The notes beneath the pieces are model-generated. The model did not search any database. It had not been told where the DNA came from and saw only the letters and a list, made by a program, of their open reading frames with translations. DNA of 64,000 bases, taken from NCBI GenBank assembly GCA_963764715.1, contig CAVXTP010000024.1:3099-67098 (forward strand), written 5' to 3'. Both the position numbers and the translations under genes were made by a program. This DNA is from an uncultured Acidobacteriota bacterium (lineage in GTDB: Bacteria > Acidobacteriota > Thermoanaerobaculia > UBA5066 > Gp7-AA6). Of this stretch, positions 22,407-31,836 are shown one piece after another; positions within the stretch are counted from its first letter, which is position 1, and each line of letters starts with the position of its first letter.

Positions 22407-22631
22407 ATGGGCCCGGTCTGGCGCCTCATCAAGGGACAGAAGGACATGTGCCACCGGTGCGGCCGGGAGATCGTCGATTTTCCGGCCGTCGGGCGCGTCA
22501 TCGACTTCCAGTTCCGGCCGGAAGAGAAGTACTGCTGGGACTGCTACCGGTACCTGACGCCCTTCGTCGACGACATCTCCCCGGTGTCCCAGGACCCCTT
22601 TCAAAAGGTGACCAAACCGGCGATTCCGTGA
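22407..22631 (+). CDS. Small zinc-ribbon-like protein (74 aa)
   Basis: Two Cys pairs are present: CHRC and CWDC. Third codon positions are GC-rich. SD GGGGGTGA lies 5-6 nt upstream. Its stop overlaps the GTG start of the next gene (GTGA). Confidence 0.55.
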   Translation: MGPVWRLIKGQKDMCHRCGREIVDFPAVGRVIDFQFRPEEKYCWDCYRYLTPFVDDISPVSQDPFQKVTKPAIP

Positions 22632-23764
22632 CGGACCTTCTCTCCTCCTATCGCCGATCCGAGCTTCTCCCCCTGGCCGAGAAGACGCTCGCCGGGGAAC
22701 GCCTGTCCTTCGAGGACGGGGTCCGGCTCTTCGAGACGCGCGACTTTCTCGGGCTCGGCCGTCTCGCCAATCACGTCCGCGAAGCCCGCCACGGGAACCT
22801 GGCGTTCTACAACGTCAACCGCTACCTCAACCCGACGAACCTCTGCTGGGTCGACTGCGCCCTCTGTGCGTGGGCCAAGAAGGTCAACGAGCCGGGCGGC
22901 TACGAGATGGCGATCGACGAGTGCGTCGCGGAGGCGGGCAAGGGCTACAGCGAAGCCGTCACCGAGTTCCACATCGTCGGAGGACTCCACCCGACGTGGC
23001 CCTTCGAGTACTACACGGGCCTCCTCCGTGCGCTCAAGGAGCGCTTCCCGGGCGTTCACCTGAAGGCCTGGACGATGGTCGAGCTCGACTGGATCGCGAA
23101 GGTCGGCGGGCGCGACCTGCCGGACGCGATCCGCGAGCTGAAGGCCGCGGGAATGGATACCTGCCCGGGGGGCGGCGCCGAGATCTTCGCCCGTCGGGTC
23201 CGCGACATCATCTGCACCAACAAGATCTCGGGCGAGCGCTGGCTCGAGGTCGCGCGGGAATGCCATCGCCAGGGCGTCCGGACCAACGCCACCATGCTCT
23301 ACGGCCACGTCGAGACCGTCGAGGAGCGGGTGGACCACCTGCTGCGCCTGCGAGCGCTGCAGGACGAGACGGGCGGAATCCCGGGGCTCATCCCGCTGGC
23401 GTTTCACCCGGAGAACACGCCCCTGGCGCACCTGCCCTCCTCGACCGGGCAGCTCGACCTGCGGGTGATCGCGGCCTCGCGGCTCCTGCTCGACAACGTT
23501 GCGCACATCAAGGCCTACTGGATCCAGATCGGGACCAAGCTCGCGCAGGTCGCGCTCTTCTTCGGCGCGGACGACCTCGTCGGAACCGTGGTCGACGAGA
23601 TCATCACCCACGCCGCGGGTGCCACCACGGCCTCGGGAATGACGCGCGCGGACTTCGAGCGCATCATCCGCGAGTCGGGCCGCGAGCCCTACGAGCGCGA
23701 CTCCGAGTACCGGCGCGTCGAGCGGCGCGGGCCGCGGGCGGAGCCGGTCCCGGCCCTGGCGTGA
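22628..23764 (+). CDS. Radical SAM enzyme of the MqnE/MqnC (futalosine-pathway menaquinone biosynthesis, CofH-like) family
   Basis: GTG 22628 gives TDLLSSYRRSELLPLAEKTLAGERLSFEDG. The cluster motif is NPTNLCWVDCALCAW (CxxxCxxC). Family blocks present: HIVGGLHP, PGGGAEIF, ATMLYGHVET, IKAYW. I cannot distinguish MqnE from MqnC by eye. Confidence 0.85.
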   Translation: MTDLLSSYRRSELLPLAEKTLAGERLSFEDGVRLFETRDFLGLGRLANHVREARHGNLAFYNVNRYLNPTNLCWVDCALCAWAKKVNEPGGYEMAIDECVAEAGKGYSEAVTEFHIVGGLHPTWPFEYYTGLLRALKERFPGVHLKAWTMVELDWIAKVGGRDLPDAIRELKAAGMDTCPGGGAEIFARRVRDIICTNKISGERWLEVARECHRQGVRTNATMLYGHVETVEERVDHLLRLRALQDETGGIPGLIPLAFHPENTPLAHLPSSTGQLDLRVIAASRLLLDNVAHIKAYWIQIGTKLAQVALFFGADDLVGTVVDEIITHAAGATTASGMTRADFERIIRESGREPYERDSEYRRVERRGPRAEPVPALA

Positions 23765-24690
23765 GTCCGGGCCGCCGGGCGCGCGCCGCCGGCGGAGCTC
23801 TCGCCGCCTCGCTCGCCGTCTCCTGTGCCGGGGGCGGATACGCCGGCAAGCCCTCGATCGCCGTGGCCGACGGCGATCCGATCGTCCAGCTCGAGAAGGC
23901 CGGCCGGCCCCCGAGCCTGGTCGCTCCCGTGCTCGTGCCGCTCAGCAAGCACACCGACCCGCCGTTTCGCCGCGAGAGGGTCGTGGGAGTCAGCCTCGGC
24001 GAGCCGGCGCGGATGTACCCCATCGGCCTTCTCGACGGTTATGCGGCCGTCAACGACGAGGCCGAAGGCGTGCCGTTCGCCGTCGTCCGCGACCCGATGA
24101 CGGACCTCGCGGCCGTGCTCGACCGGAGGGCGGCCGGCCGCACGCTCACGCTCGAGGGCTCCGGCGCGGTCTGGCGCGGCGTGCGGGTGCTGCGCGACCG
24201 CGAAACCGGGACGTACTGGGCGCCCGTGACCGGCCGGGCGCTCTCGGGCCCGCTCGCCGGCGAGACGCTCGCCCTGATCCCGGCCCCGGTCACGACGGCC
24301 GACGCGTGGCGGGAGCTCCACCCCGCGACGGTGTGCCTCGAGACCGGGGAGCTGACGGCCGTCTCGCTGACACTGCGCCTCTACGCGGCCTCGGCGACCG
24401 AGGGCGTCACTGGAGAAAGGACGGCGGACAGGAGGTTCGCCCCGAAGGAGACGGTGTTCTTCGTCGCCGGGCGGAACGAGGCGCTCGCCTTCGCCGCCGC
24501 TTACGTGCGCGAGAAGAGGTCCGTCCCGGCCGCCCTCGAGGGCGATGCGCTGACGATCGAGTTTGACGGCGCCGTGCGTTCGCCGCGCGCTTTCCGCCAG
24601 GTCGAAGGGGCGCGCCAGGAGCTTCCCGTCGTGTCGATGTACTGGTTCGCGGTCGTGGAGCAGTTCTCGAGCGTCAAGACGTTGCCGTAA
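23761..24690 (+). CDS. DUF3179-family lipoprotein
   Basis: GTG 23761 overlaps the previous stop (GTGA). The N-terminus ALAASLAVSCAGGG is lipobox-like. The body (VNDEAEGVPFAVV..., RDRETGTYWAPVTGRALSGPLAG, MYWFAVVEQF) resembles DUF3179. Confidence 0.7.
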   Translation: MSPGRRARAAGGALAASLAVSCAGGGYAGKPSIAVADGDPIVQLEKAGRPPSLVAPVLVPLSKHTDPPFRRERVVGVSLGEPARMYPIGLLDGYAAVNDEAEGVPFAVVRDPMTDLAAVLDRRAAGRTLTLEGSGAVWRGVRVLRDRETGTYWAPVTGRALSGPLAGETLALIPAPVTTADAWRELHPATVCLETGELTAVSLTLRLYAASATEGVTGERTADRRFAPKETVFFVAGRNEALAFAAAYVREKRSVPAALEGDALTIEFDGAVRSPRAFRQVEGARQELPVVSMYWFAVVEQFSSVKTLP

Positions 24691-24730
24691 GAGGGCTTAC
24701 GAGGGGGTCAGAGGGCTTACGAGGGGGTCA
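24691..24730. repeat. Perfect tandem direct repeat, 2 x 20 bp (GAGGGCTTACGAGGGGGTCA)
   Basis: Read directly from the sequence. The repeat starts at the first base after the DUF3179 stop codon. Confidence 0.9.
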
Positions 24731-24792
24731 GGTCTTCATTTTTCGGTTTTGAGGGCCTCCCGGACTCGAGGCTGAAAAATGAACACCTGACC
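24726..24792. repeat. Long imperfect inverted repeat (18-nt arms, 17/18 complementary) between convergent genes
   Basis: The arms are GGTCAGGTCTTCATTTTT (24726-24743) and AAAAATGAACACCTGACC (24775-24792). The 31-nt spacer has its own small GCCTC/GAGGC stem. The A/T tracts are inside the stem, so this is not a canonical intrinsic terminator. Confidence 0.7.
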
Positions 24793-24803
24793 CTGGCCTC
24801 GGC

Positions 24804-25724
24804 TCAGTGGCCCGGCTCCGGGGCCTCGGGCTCGGGCACGATCTCTTCCTCGGTGCCGACGGAGAACTTCTTGTAGTCGGAGTACTCCGAAAAGATGTCG
24901 ACGCGGGTGCTGAAGACCAGAAGCGCCTTCGCCGCGCCGGTGAAGCGCGCTTCGGTGGGGAGCCAGATCTCGCCGTTGATTTTGCGGCGCTGGAAGTAGG
25001 CGCTCGCTCCCTTCTGCAGACGGGCGACCCGGATCGGACCGACGCCGAGCGTGTCGAGCAGGCGCGCCTCCAGGCGCACGAGCTGCCGGTCCTCCTCGTC
25101 GATCCAGGCCTGGCCCGACAGCTTCTGGATGACCTTGCCGCCCTCGGTGACCGGTTTGAAGCCCGGCTTCGGCTCGAACTCGACGATGATCGTCGGCCGG
25201 CCGTCGACGACCTCGCGCCCGACGATCCGGATCTCGTCCATCCGGAAGACCTCGTCGACCACCGCCTGCTCCTCCTGCCGCTTCTCTTCCTCCTTCGCCC
25301 GCCGGCGGGCACGGGCGGCCTCGTCTTCCTCGGCGCGCCGGCGCGCGCGTTTCTCCGTCTTCTCCTCCTGCTTGCGGTCCTGCTCGGCGAGCTCTTTCTC
25401 GGTGAGCTTCTGCCCGTCGCGCGCCACGAGCCGGCGATAGAGGCGGCCGGCCTCGGCCGACGGATAGACCTCGTAAGTCTCGACCTTGGTCTTCTTGACG
25501 GCGCCCTTCGAGTCGAGCTTCTTCTCGGTGTAGACCTCGCTGAAGGTGTATTGCTCGAGGAGCGTGTTGTCGCTGCGGAGGTTCTGGCGGACTTCGTCGA
25601 GAAACGTGCGGGTGTCCGGGAGCGGGGGCGCGGAGGTTTCCTGGGCGAGCGCCGCGGCCACAGAGAGCGCAAAAGACGCGGCCAGAACGGGGACTCGGAC
25701 CTTCCTCATCAGTTTGCGGAACAC
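24804..25724 (-). CDS. Secreted hypothetical protein with central K/E/R-rich helix; C-terminal part LolA-like/outer-membrane lipoprotein-sorting-like (uncertain)
   Basis: The signal peptide is MFRKLMRKVRVPVLAASFALSVAAALAQ. The charged stretch is EKELAEQDRKQEEKTEKRARRRAEEDEAARARRRAKEEEKRQEE. Confidence 0.65.
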   Translation of the reverse strand: MFRKLMRKVRVPVLAASFALSVAAALAQETSAPPLPDTRTFLDEVRQNLRSDNTLLEQYTFSEVYTEKKLDSKGAVKKTKVETYEVYPSAEAGRLYRRLVARDGQKLTEKELAEQDRKQEEKTEKRARRRAEEDEAARARRRAKEEEKRQEEQAVVDEVFRMDEIRIVGREVVDGRPTIIVEFEPKPGFKPVTEGGKVIQKLSGQAWIDEEDRQLVRLEARLLDTLGVGPIRVARLQKGASAYFQRRKINGEIWLPTEARFTGAAKALLVFSTRVDIFSEYSDYKKFSVGTEEEIVPEPEAPEPGH

Positions 25725-25807
25725 GGGGGAAAAGACGGGGAATTCCCGGGCGGATGATCCAGACGCATTACGGGAAACTCGGCGGCCTGCATATAATCCT
25801 GACCCGG

Positions 25808-26470
25808 ATGCATCAGCCGCGAGAGTTCATCGGGTCGTCCATCGGTCGCAAGGTCGTCATGGCCGTCACCGGCGCCGTCCTCTTCGGCTTCGTCCTGGTC
25901 CACATGCTCGGCAACCTCCAGGTCTACCTGGGGCCCGAGTCGCTGAATGCCTACGGCGAGTTTCTCCGGCATCTTCTCCACGGGGCCGGGATCTGGATGT
26001 TCCGGGCCGTGCTGCTTCTCGCGGTGGTCCTGCACATCTGGTCGGCGACCTCCCTGACGCTGACGAGCCGCCGGGCCCGGCCGATCGCTTACCGCGAGCA
26101 GAAGTGGAAGGAGTCGACCTACGCCTCCCGCACGATGCGCTGGAGCGGGGTCATCCTCTTCTTCTTCATCGTGTACCACCTGATGCACTTCACGATCGGC
26201 AACGCCCACCCGAGCTTCATCGAGGGCGACGTCTACCACAACTTCGTCTCCGGGTTCCGGAGTGTCCCGGTTTCGATCGTCTACATCGTCGCGATGGTCC
26301 TGCTCGGGCTCCATCTCCGCCACGGCGTCTGGAGCATGTTCCAGACGCTCGGCGTCTCGCACCCGCGGTACATCGCGATGGCGAAGACGGGAGCATGGAT
26401 CTTCGCCGCCATCATCGTGCTCGGCAACATCTCGTTCCCGCTGGCCGTGCTCGCGGGGATCATCCGGTGA
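25808..26470 (+). CDS. sdhC: Succinate dehydrogenase cytochrome b558 subunit (single 5-TM anchor type)
   Basis: Start at [22 protein letters not shown]. The TM helices carry His residues (HMLGN, LHIW, YHLMHF, LHLRHG). It lies directly upstream of sdhA. Confidence 0.85.
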   Translation: MHQPREFIGSSIGRKVVMAVTGAVLFGFVLVHMLGNLQVYLGPESLNAYGEFLRHLLHGAGIWMFRAVLLLAVVLHIWSATSLTLTSRRARPIAYREQKWKESTYASRTMRWSGVILFFFIVYHLMHFTIGNAHPSFIEGDVYHNFVSGFRSVPVSIVYIVAMVLLGLHLRHGVWSMFQTLGVSHPRYIAMAKTGAWIFAAIIVLGNISFPLAVLAGIIR

Positions 26471-26489
26471 CCGGAGGAGAAACCAGGCC

Positions 26490-28403
26490 GTGAAACTCGA
26501 CTCCAACGTCCCCTCCGGGCCCCTCGAGAAGCAGTGGGACAAGCACCGCTTCGAGATGAAGCTCGTCAACCCCGCCAACAAGCGCAAGTACACGGTCATC
26601 ATGGTCGGGTCGGGCCTGGCGGGCGCGGGCGGCGCGGCCTCCATGGCGGAGCTCGGCTACAACGTCAAGTGCTTCTGCTACCAGGACTCCCCCCGGCGGG
26701 CGCACTCGATCGCCGCCCAGGGCGGCATCAACGCCGCGAAGAACTACCACAACGACGGCGACAGCATCCGGCGGCTCTTCTACGACACGATCAAGGGCGG
26801 GGACTTCCGGGCGCGCGAGTCCAACGTCTACCGGCTGGCGCAGGTCTCGGTCGACATCATCGACCAGTGCGTCGCGCTCGGCGTGCCCTTCGCCCGCGAG
26901 TACGGCGGCCTCCTCGACAACCGCTCCTTCGGCGGGGCCCAGGTCTCGCGGACCTTCTACGCCCGCGGGCAGACGGGCCAGCAGCTGCTGCTGGGCGCGT
27001 ACCAGGCGCTCGAGCGGCAGGTCGGCCTGGGCTCGGTCGAGATGTACCCGCGCCACGAGATGCTGGAGCTCGTGGTCGTCGACGGCCGCGCGCGCGGCGT
27101 CGTGGTGCGCGACATGGTCACCGGCGCGATCCAGACACACATGGCCGACGCCGTGTGCCTGGCGACCGGCGGCTACGGCAACGTCTTCTACCTCGCGACC
27201 TACGCCAAGGGCTGCAACGGGACGGCGATCTGGCGCGCGTACAAGAAGGGCGCCGCCTTCGCCAACCCCTGCTTCACGCAGATCCACCCGACCTGCATCC
27301 CGGTCACCGGCGAGTACCAGTCCAAGTTGACCCTGATGTCCGAGTCGCTCCGAAACGACGGCCGCATCTGGGTGCCGAAGGCCAAGGGCGACAAGCGGCC
27401 GCCGGGCGAGATTCCGGAAGAGGAGCGCGACTACTACCTCGAGCGCATGTACCCGAGCTTCGGGAACCTCGCGCCGCGCGACATCTCCTCGCGGGCCGCC
27501 AAGAAGGTCTGCGACGAGGGCCGCGGCGTCGGGCCCACGGGATTCGGCGTCTACCTGGACTTCCAGGACGCCATCGAGCGTCTGGGCAAGAACAAGATCG
27601 AAGAGAAGTACGGCAACCTCTTCGAGATGTACGAGCGCATAACCGACGAGAACCCGTACGCGGTCCCGATGCGGATCTACCCCGCCAGCCACTACACGAT
27701 GGGCGGCCTGTGGGTGGACTACAACCTGATGAGCACGATCCCGGGGCTCTTCGTCCTCGGCGAGGCCAACTTCTCCGATCACGGAGCCAATCGCCTCGGC
27801 GCGTCGGCGCTGATGCAGGGACTGGCCGACGGGTACTTCGTCATCCCGTACACGATCGGCAACTATCTCGCCCGGGAGAAGTTCGAGAAGGTCCCCGAGA
27901 GCCACCCCGAGGTCGTCGCCGCCGAGGCCGCCGTCGCCGCGCGCACGAAGCGCCTGCTCGCGGTCAAGGGACGCCGGACGGCGACCTCCTTCCATCGCGA
28001 GCTCGGCAAACTCATGTGGGACCACTGCGGCATGGCCCGCGACAAGAAGGGCCTCGAGCACGCTCTGGGCAAGATCCCGGGCCTGCGCGAGGAGTTCTGG
28101 AAGAACGTGAACGTCCCGGGCTCCGGCCAGGAGCTGAACCAGACCCTCGAGGCCGCCGGCCGCGTGGCCGACTTCCTCGAGCTCGGCGAACTCATGTGCC
28201 TCGACGCGCTCGAGCGGGACGAGTCCTGCGGCAGCCACTTCCGCCTCGAGCACCAGATGGCGGACGGCGAGGCGAAGCGGAACGACAAGGACTTCTGCCA
28301 CGTGGCCGCATGGGAGTACACCGGCGACGGGAAGAAGCCCGAGCGGCACACCGAGCCCCTGACCTACGAGAACGTCGAGCTCGCCGTCCGGAGCTACAAA
28401 TGA
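26490..28403 (+). CDS. sdhA: Succinate dehydrogenase/fumarate reductase flavoprotein subunit
   Basis: GTG 26490 follows GGAGGAGA. The N-terminus is [48 protein letters not shown]. The FAD-attachment context [14 protein letters not shown] is present. Confidence 0.95.
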   Translation: MKLDSNVPSGPLEKQWDKHRFEMKLVNPANKRKYTVIMVGSGLAGAGGAASMAELGYNVKCFCYQDSPRRAHSIAAQGGINAAKNYHNDGDSIRRLFYDTIKGGDFRARESNVYRLAQVSVDIIDQCVALGVPFAREYGGLLDNRSFGGAQVSRTFYARGQTGQQLLLGAYQALERQVGLGSVEMYPRHEMLELVVVDGRARGVVVRDMVTGAIQTHMADAVCLATGGYGNVFYLATYAKGCNGTAIWRAYKKGAAFANPCFTQIHPTCIPVTGEYQSKLTLMSESLRNDGRIWVPKAKGDKRPPGEIPEEERDYYLERMYPSFGNLAPRDISSRAAKKVCDEGRGVGPTGFGVYLDFQDAIERLGKNKIEEKYGNLFEMYERITDENPYAVPMRIYPASHYTMGGLWVDYNLMSTIPGLFVLGEANFSDHGANRLGASALMQGLADGYFVIPYTIGNYLAREKFEKVPESHPEVVAAEAAVAARTKRLLAVKGRRTATSFHRELGKLMWDHCGMARDKKGLEHALGKIPGLREEFWKNVNVPGSGQELNQTLEAAGRVADFLELGELMCLDALERDESCGSHFRLEHQMADGEAKRNDKDFCHVAAWEYTGDGKKPERHTEPLTYENVELAVRSYK

Positions 28404-29182
28404 AGATCACGCTGAAGATCTGGCGGCAGAAGGACGCGAAGGCCCCGGGCGGCTTCGTCACCTACGACGCGACGGACGTCAACGAGGAGATGTCGTTTCT
28501 CGAGATGCTCGACGTCGTCAACGAGGGCCTCATCGGGAAGGGCGAGGACCCGATCGCGTTCGACCACGACTGCCGGGAGGGCATCTGCGGCACCTGCGGC
28601 GTCGTGATCAACGGCCGGGCGCACGGCCCGAAGACCCGCACGACCGCCTGCCAGCTCCACATGCGGAGCTTTTCGGACGGCGACGTCCTGACGATCGAGC
28701 CGTGGCGCGCGGGGGCTTTCCCCGTCATCAAGGACCTCGTCGTCGACCGCAGCGCCTTCGACCGGATCATCGCGGCTGGCGGCTTCATCTCCGCCGCGAT
28801 CGGCGGCGCGCCCGACGGCAACGCGATTCCGATCCCCAAGGAAAACGCGGACCTCGCGATGGACGCCGCGGCCTGCATCGGCTGCGGCGCCTGCGTCGCC
28901 GCCTGCCCCAACGCGTCCGCCATGCTCTTCGTGTCGGCCAAGATCTCGCAGCTCGCGCTCCTGCCGCAGGGGCAGCCCGAACGCCCCGACCGGGCGCGCA
29001 CCATGGTCGCGCAGATGGACGCGGAGCGCTTCGGCACCTGCACGAACCACGGCGAGTGCGAGGCGGCCTGCCCCAAGGGCATCCGCATGCAGTTCATCGC
29101 CATGATGAACTCCGACTACGTGAAGGCCAAGCTGACCGAGGGCCGGCGCCCGAGCGGGCTCTCGGACGGCGGCTCGGGATAG
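28400..29182 (+). CDS. sdhB: Succinate dehydrogenase iron-sulfur subunit
   Basis: The start forms an ATGA overlap with sdhA. The three cluster motifs are [22 protein letters not shown] and [12 protein letters not shown]. Confidence 0.95.
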   Translation: MKITLKIWRQKDAKAPGGFVTYDATDVNEEMSFLEMLDVVNEGLIGKGEDPIAFDHDCREGICGTCGVVINGRAHGPKTRTTACQLHMRSFSDGDVLTIEPWRAGAFPVIKDLVVDRSAFDRIIAAGGFISAAIGGAPDGNAIPIPKENADLAMDAAACIGCGACVAACPNASAMLFVSAKISQLALLPQGQPERPDRARTMVAQMDAERFGTCTNHGECEAACPKGIRMQFIAMMNSDYVKAKLTEGRRPSGLSDGGSG

Positions 29183-29194
29183 CGAGGCCGATCC

Positions 29195-30598
29195 TTGACG
29201 GACGCGAAGAAGACCCGCACCGAGTCCGACACCATGGGGCCCGTCGAGGTCGCCGCCGACCGTTACTGGGGCGCGCAGACCGAGCGGTCCCTCCACCACT
29301 TCCGGATCGGGCCCGAGCGCTTCCCGCGGGAGCTGATCCGGGCGCTCGGCATCCTCAAAAAGGCGGCGGCCGTGGTCAACCGGGACCGCGGGGCGCTGCC
29401 CGCCGAGAAGGCCGACGCGATCATCCAGGCGGCCGACGAGGTCATCGAGGCCAAGCTCGACGACCACTTCCCCCTCTCGGTCTGGCAGACCGGCAGCGGC
29501 ACGCAGACCAACATGAACGCCAACGAGGTCATCTCCAACCGCGCGATCGAGATCCTCGGCGGCGTGCTTGGCTCGAAGAAGCCGGTCCACCCCAACGACG
29601 ACGTCAACAAGAGCCAGTCCTCCAACGACACCTTCCCGACCGCGATGTCCATCGCGGCCGTCGAGCAGACGCGCTTCCGGCTCATCCCCGCCGTCCGGAA
29701 GCTGCGCGACACGCTCGACCGGAAGGCGAAGGAGTTCGCCGGCATCGTCAAGATCGGCCGGACGCACCTCCAGGACGCCGTCCCGATGACGCTCGGCCAG
29801 GAGATCTCGGGCTGGGTCTCGCAGCTCGACCATTCGGTCGCCCACCTCGAGGACTCCCTGCCGCACCTCCAGGAGCTCGCGCTCGGCGGGACCGCGGTCG
29901 GCACGGGCCTGAACGCCCCCGCCGACTTCGGCCCCAGGGTCGCCGCCGAGATCGCGAAGCTGACCGGGATCCCCTTCGTCACGGCGCCCAACAAGTTCGA
30001 GGCGCTGGCCGCGCACGACGCGCTCGTCGCCGGGCACGGCGCCGTCCGGACGCTCGCCGCGGCGCTCATGAAGATCGCCAACGACGTCCGGTGGCTCGCC
30101 TCGGGCCCGCGCTCGGGACTCGCCGAGATCCGGATCCCGGAGAACGAGCCGGGCTCCTCGATCATGCCGGGCAAGGTCAACCCGACGCAGTCCGAGGCGC
30201 TGACGATGGTCTGCGCCCAGGTCTTCGGCAACGACGTCGCGGTGACGGTCGGGGGCGCGTCCGGGAACTTCGAGCTCAACGTCTACAAGCCGCTCATCAT
30301 CTCGAACTACCTGCGCTCGGTGCACCTGCTCGCCGACGCGTGCGAGTCGTTCGAGGAGCACTGCGCCCGCGGCATCGAGCCCGACCACGAGAAGATCAAG
30401 GAGCACGTCGGGCGATCGCTGATGCTCGTCACGGCGCTGGCGCCCCGGATCGGCTACGACAAGGCCGCGGCGATCGCCAAGAAGGCGCACAAGGAGGGCT
30501 CGACCCTCCGGGAAGCGGCGCTCTCCCTGGGCTACCTCACAGCCGAGGAGTTCGACCGCGACGTCCGTCCCGAGAAGATGGTCGGCCCCGGGGACTGA
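29195..30598 (+). CDS. fumC: Class II fumarate hydratase
   Basis: 467 aa with a TTG start. The N-terminus is [24 protein letters not shown]. The signature [16 protein letters not shown] is present. Confidence 0.95.
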   Translation: MTDAKKTRTESDTMGPVEVAADRYWGAQTERSLHHFRIGPERFPRELIRALGILKKAAAVVNRDRGALPAEKADAIIQAADEVIEAKLDDHFPLSVWQTGSGTQTNMNANEVISNRAIEILGGVLGSKKPVHPNDDVNKSQSSNDTFPTAMSIAAVEQTRFRLIPAVRKLRDTLDRKAKEFAGIVKIGRTHLQDAVPMTLGQEISGWVSQLDHSVAHLEDSLPHLQELALGGTAVGTGLNAPADFGPRVAAEIAKLTGIPFVTAPNKFEALAAHDALVAGHGAVRTLAAALMKIANDVRWLASGPRSGLAEIRIPENEPGSSIMPGKVNPTQSEALTMVCAQVFGNDVAVTVGGASGNFELNVYKPLIISNYLRSVHLLADACESFEEHCARGIEPDHEKIKEHVGRSLMLVTALAPRIGYDKAAAIAKKAHKEGSTLREAALSLGYLTAEEFDRDVRPEKMVGPGD

Positions 30599-30600
30599 CG

Positions 30601-31074
30601 GTGCCCGAACACTCTTCCATCTTCACCTCGGTCCACGTCGACTCTCTCCTCCTCGCCTCGGGGCGGCTCGCGTTCGCCGCCGTGCTCGGGGCCGTGCTCG
30701 GCTTCCAGCGCGAGCGCGTCCACAGCGCGGCCGGACTGCGGACGCACATCCTCGTCGCCGCCGGATCGGCGCTCATCGTGCTCTCCGGCATCCAGTCGGG
30801 CTTCAACACGGGCGATTCGAGCCGCGTCATCCAGGGCGTCGTGGCCGGGATCGGGTTCCTCGGCGCCGGGACGATCCTGAAGCTCGGCGACCGCGTCGAG
30901 GTGCACGGCCTGACGACCGCCGCCAGCATCTGGCTGACGGCCGGCGTCGGCGTCGCGGCCGGCCTCGGCCATTTCTGGCTGCCGGTCGTCGCCGCGCTGA
31001 TCGGCTGGCTGATCCTCGGGCCCCTCGCCCGCCTGGAAAAGGCTCACCCCGGCGCCGGCCCGCCGCGCAGCTGA
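30601..31074 (+). CDS. MgtC/SapB family membrane protein
   Basis: GTG 30601 lies 2 nt after the fumC stop. Family-like blocks are GFQRERVHSAAGLRTHILVAAGSAL and GVVAGIGFLGAGTIL. Confidence 0.8.
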   Translation: MPEHSSIFTSVHVDSLLLASGRLAFAAVLGAVLGFQRERVHSAAGLRTHILVAAGSALIVLSGIQSGFNTGDSSRVIQGVVAGIGFLGAGTILKLGDRVEVHGLTTAASIWLTAGVGVAAGLGHFWLPVVAALIGWLILGPLARLEKAHPGAGPPRS

Positions 31075-31085
31075 GCCGGCTCAGC
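31070..31085. repeat. 16-bp perfect palindrome GCTGAGCCGGCTCAGC containing both convergent stop codons
   Basis: The mgtC-family stop TGA (31072-74) and the TlpA-like stop (31081-83, TCA on the plus strand) sit symmetrically inside the palindrome. Confidence 0.85.
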
Positions 31086-31815
31086 GCAGCAGCGACGCGA
31101 GCTTCGTCTCGGCTTCCGCGTGCAGCGTCGGCGGCGCGCCGTAGAACGCCCCCGCGGCGCGGCCTTCCGCGTCGAAGACGAGGAGCGTCGGCACCGCGCT
31201 GACGTCGCCGAACGAGCGGACGAGGTCGGGCGGACCGATCACCCACGTCAGCGGGAGCTTGAGCTCCGCGACGAGCTTCCGGACCTTCGGCTCCTCGGAC
31301 TCGATCGCGACGGCCGCGACGACGAGCTTCTCCCCGTACCGCTTCTTGAGCTCGCCGAGCCAGCCGAGCGTCGCGCGGCAGGGCGGGCACCAGGTCGCCC
31401 AGAACTCGACCAGCACGACACGGCCCTCGAGGTCCTGGCGCGAGACCGTCTTTCCTTCGAGGTCGGTCAGCGTGACCGCGGGGAAGGCCGCCACCTCGTG
31501 GCCCTTCGACGGCGACGCCGCGGCGCGCGCGTCGGCTTTGCGCCCCGCGAGCAGGAGCTCGATCATCCGGGTCAGATCGCCCTGGAACCGCTCGTGCGCG
31601 GCCACGCTCTTGAGGGGCGCGTAGCGCCCGCCCTCCTCCTTCTCCCCTTTCCCGTAGAAGCCGAAATCGTTGGGGGTCGCGACGAGCACGTCGTCGACGA
31701 AGATCGCGGGATAGCGCGTCACGCCGAAGCGCTTCGCGAGAGCCGAGTCGCCGTAGTTCTCCGAGACGAAGCGGGCCTTCCCTCCGAACTTCTGGACGAC
31801 GCTCCGGGCCAGCAA
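31081..31815 (-). CDS. Thioredoxin-fold remnant + TlpA-like thiol:disulfide oxidoreductase (WCPPC); probably the C-terminal part of a longer UGA-containing protein
   Basis: The motif VVLVEFWATWCPPCRATL is present. As an ORF it has only a TTG start, no SD and no signal peptide. It is in frame with 31837..32997 and begins in the middle of a thioredoxin fold. Confidence 0.7.
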   Translation of the reverse strand: MLARSVVQKFGGKARFVSENYGDSALAKRFGVTRYPAIFVDDVLVATPNDFGFYGKGEKEEGGRYAPLKSVAAHERFQGDLTRMIELLLAGRKADARAAASPSKGHEVAAFPAVTLTDLEGKTVSRQDLEGRVVLVEFWATWCPPCRATLGWLGELKKRYGEKLVVAAVAIESEEPKVRKLVAELKLPLTWVIGPPDLVRSFGDVSAVPTLLVFDAEGRAAGAFYGAPPTLHAEAETKLASLLR

Positions 31816-31831
31816 ACTTGCCGGGTCGGAG
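31802..31831 (-). other. SECIS-like stem-loop immediately 3' of in-frame UGA (31837-31839)
   Basis: The mRNA reads UGA-AAC-CU-[CUCCG]AC[CCGGCA]AGUU[UGCUGG]CC[CGGAG]. That is a 5-bp lower stem, a 2x2 internal loop, a 6-bp upper stem with one G-U pair, and an AGUU apical loop starting 19 nt after the UGA. Confidence 0.35.
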
Positions 31832-31836
31832 AGGTT

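Noticed and set aside
24691-24730. Possible CRISPR-like or minisatellite array
   Set aside because: There are only two directly abutting copies with no spacers, and no cas genes in the window.
26460-30490. Minus-strand ORFs 26460-28349 and 28394-30490, and plus-strand ORF 26534-29182 upstream of 28400
   Set aside because: They are antisense to or out of frame with sdhA, sdhB and fumC, which carry unambiguous signatures.
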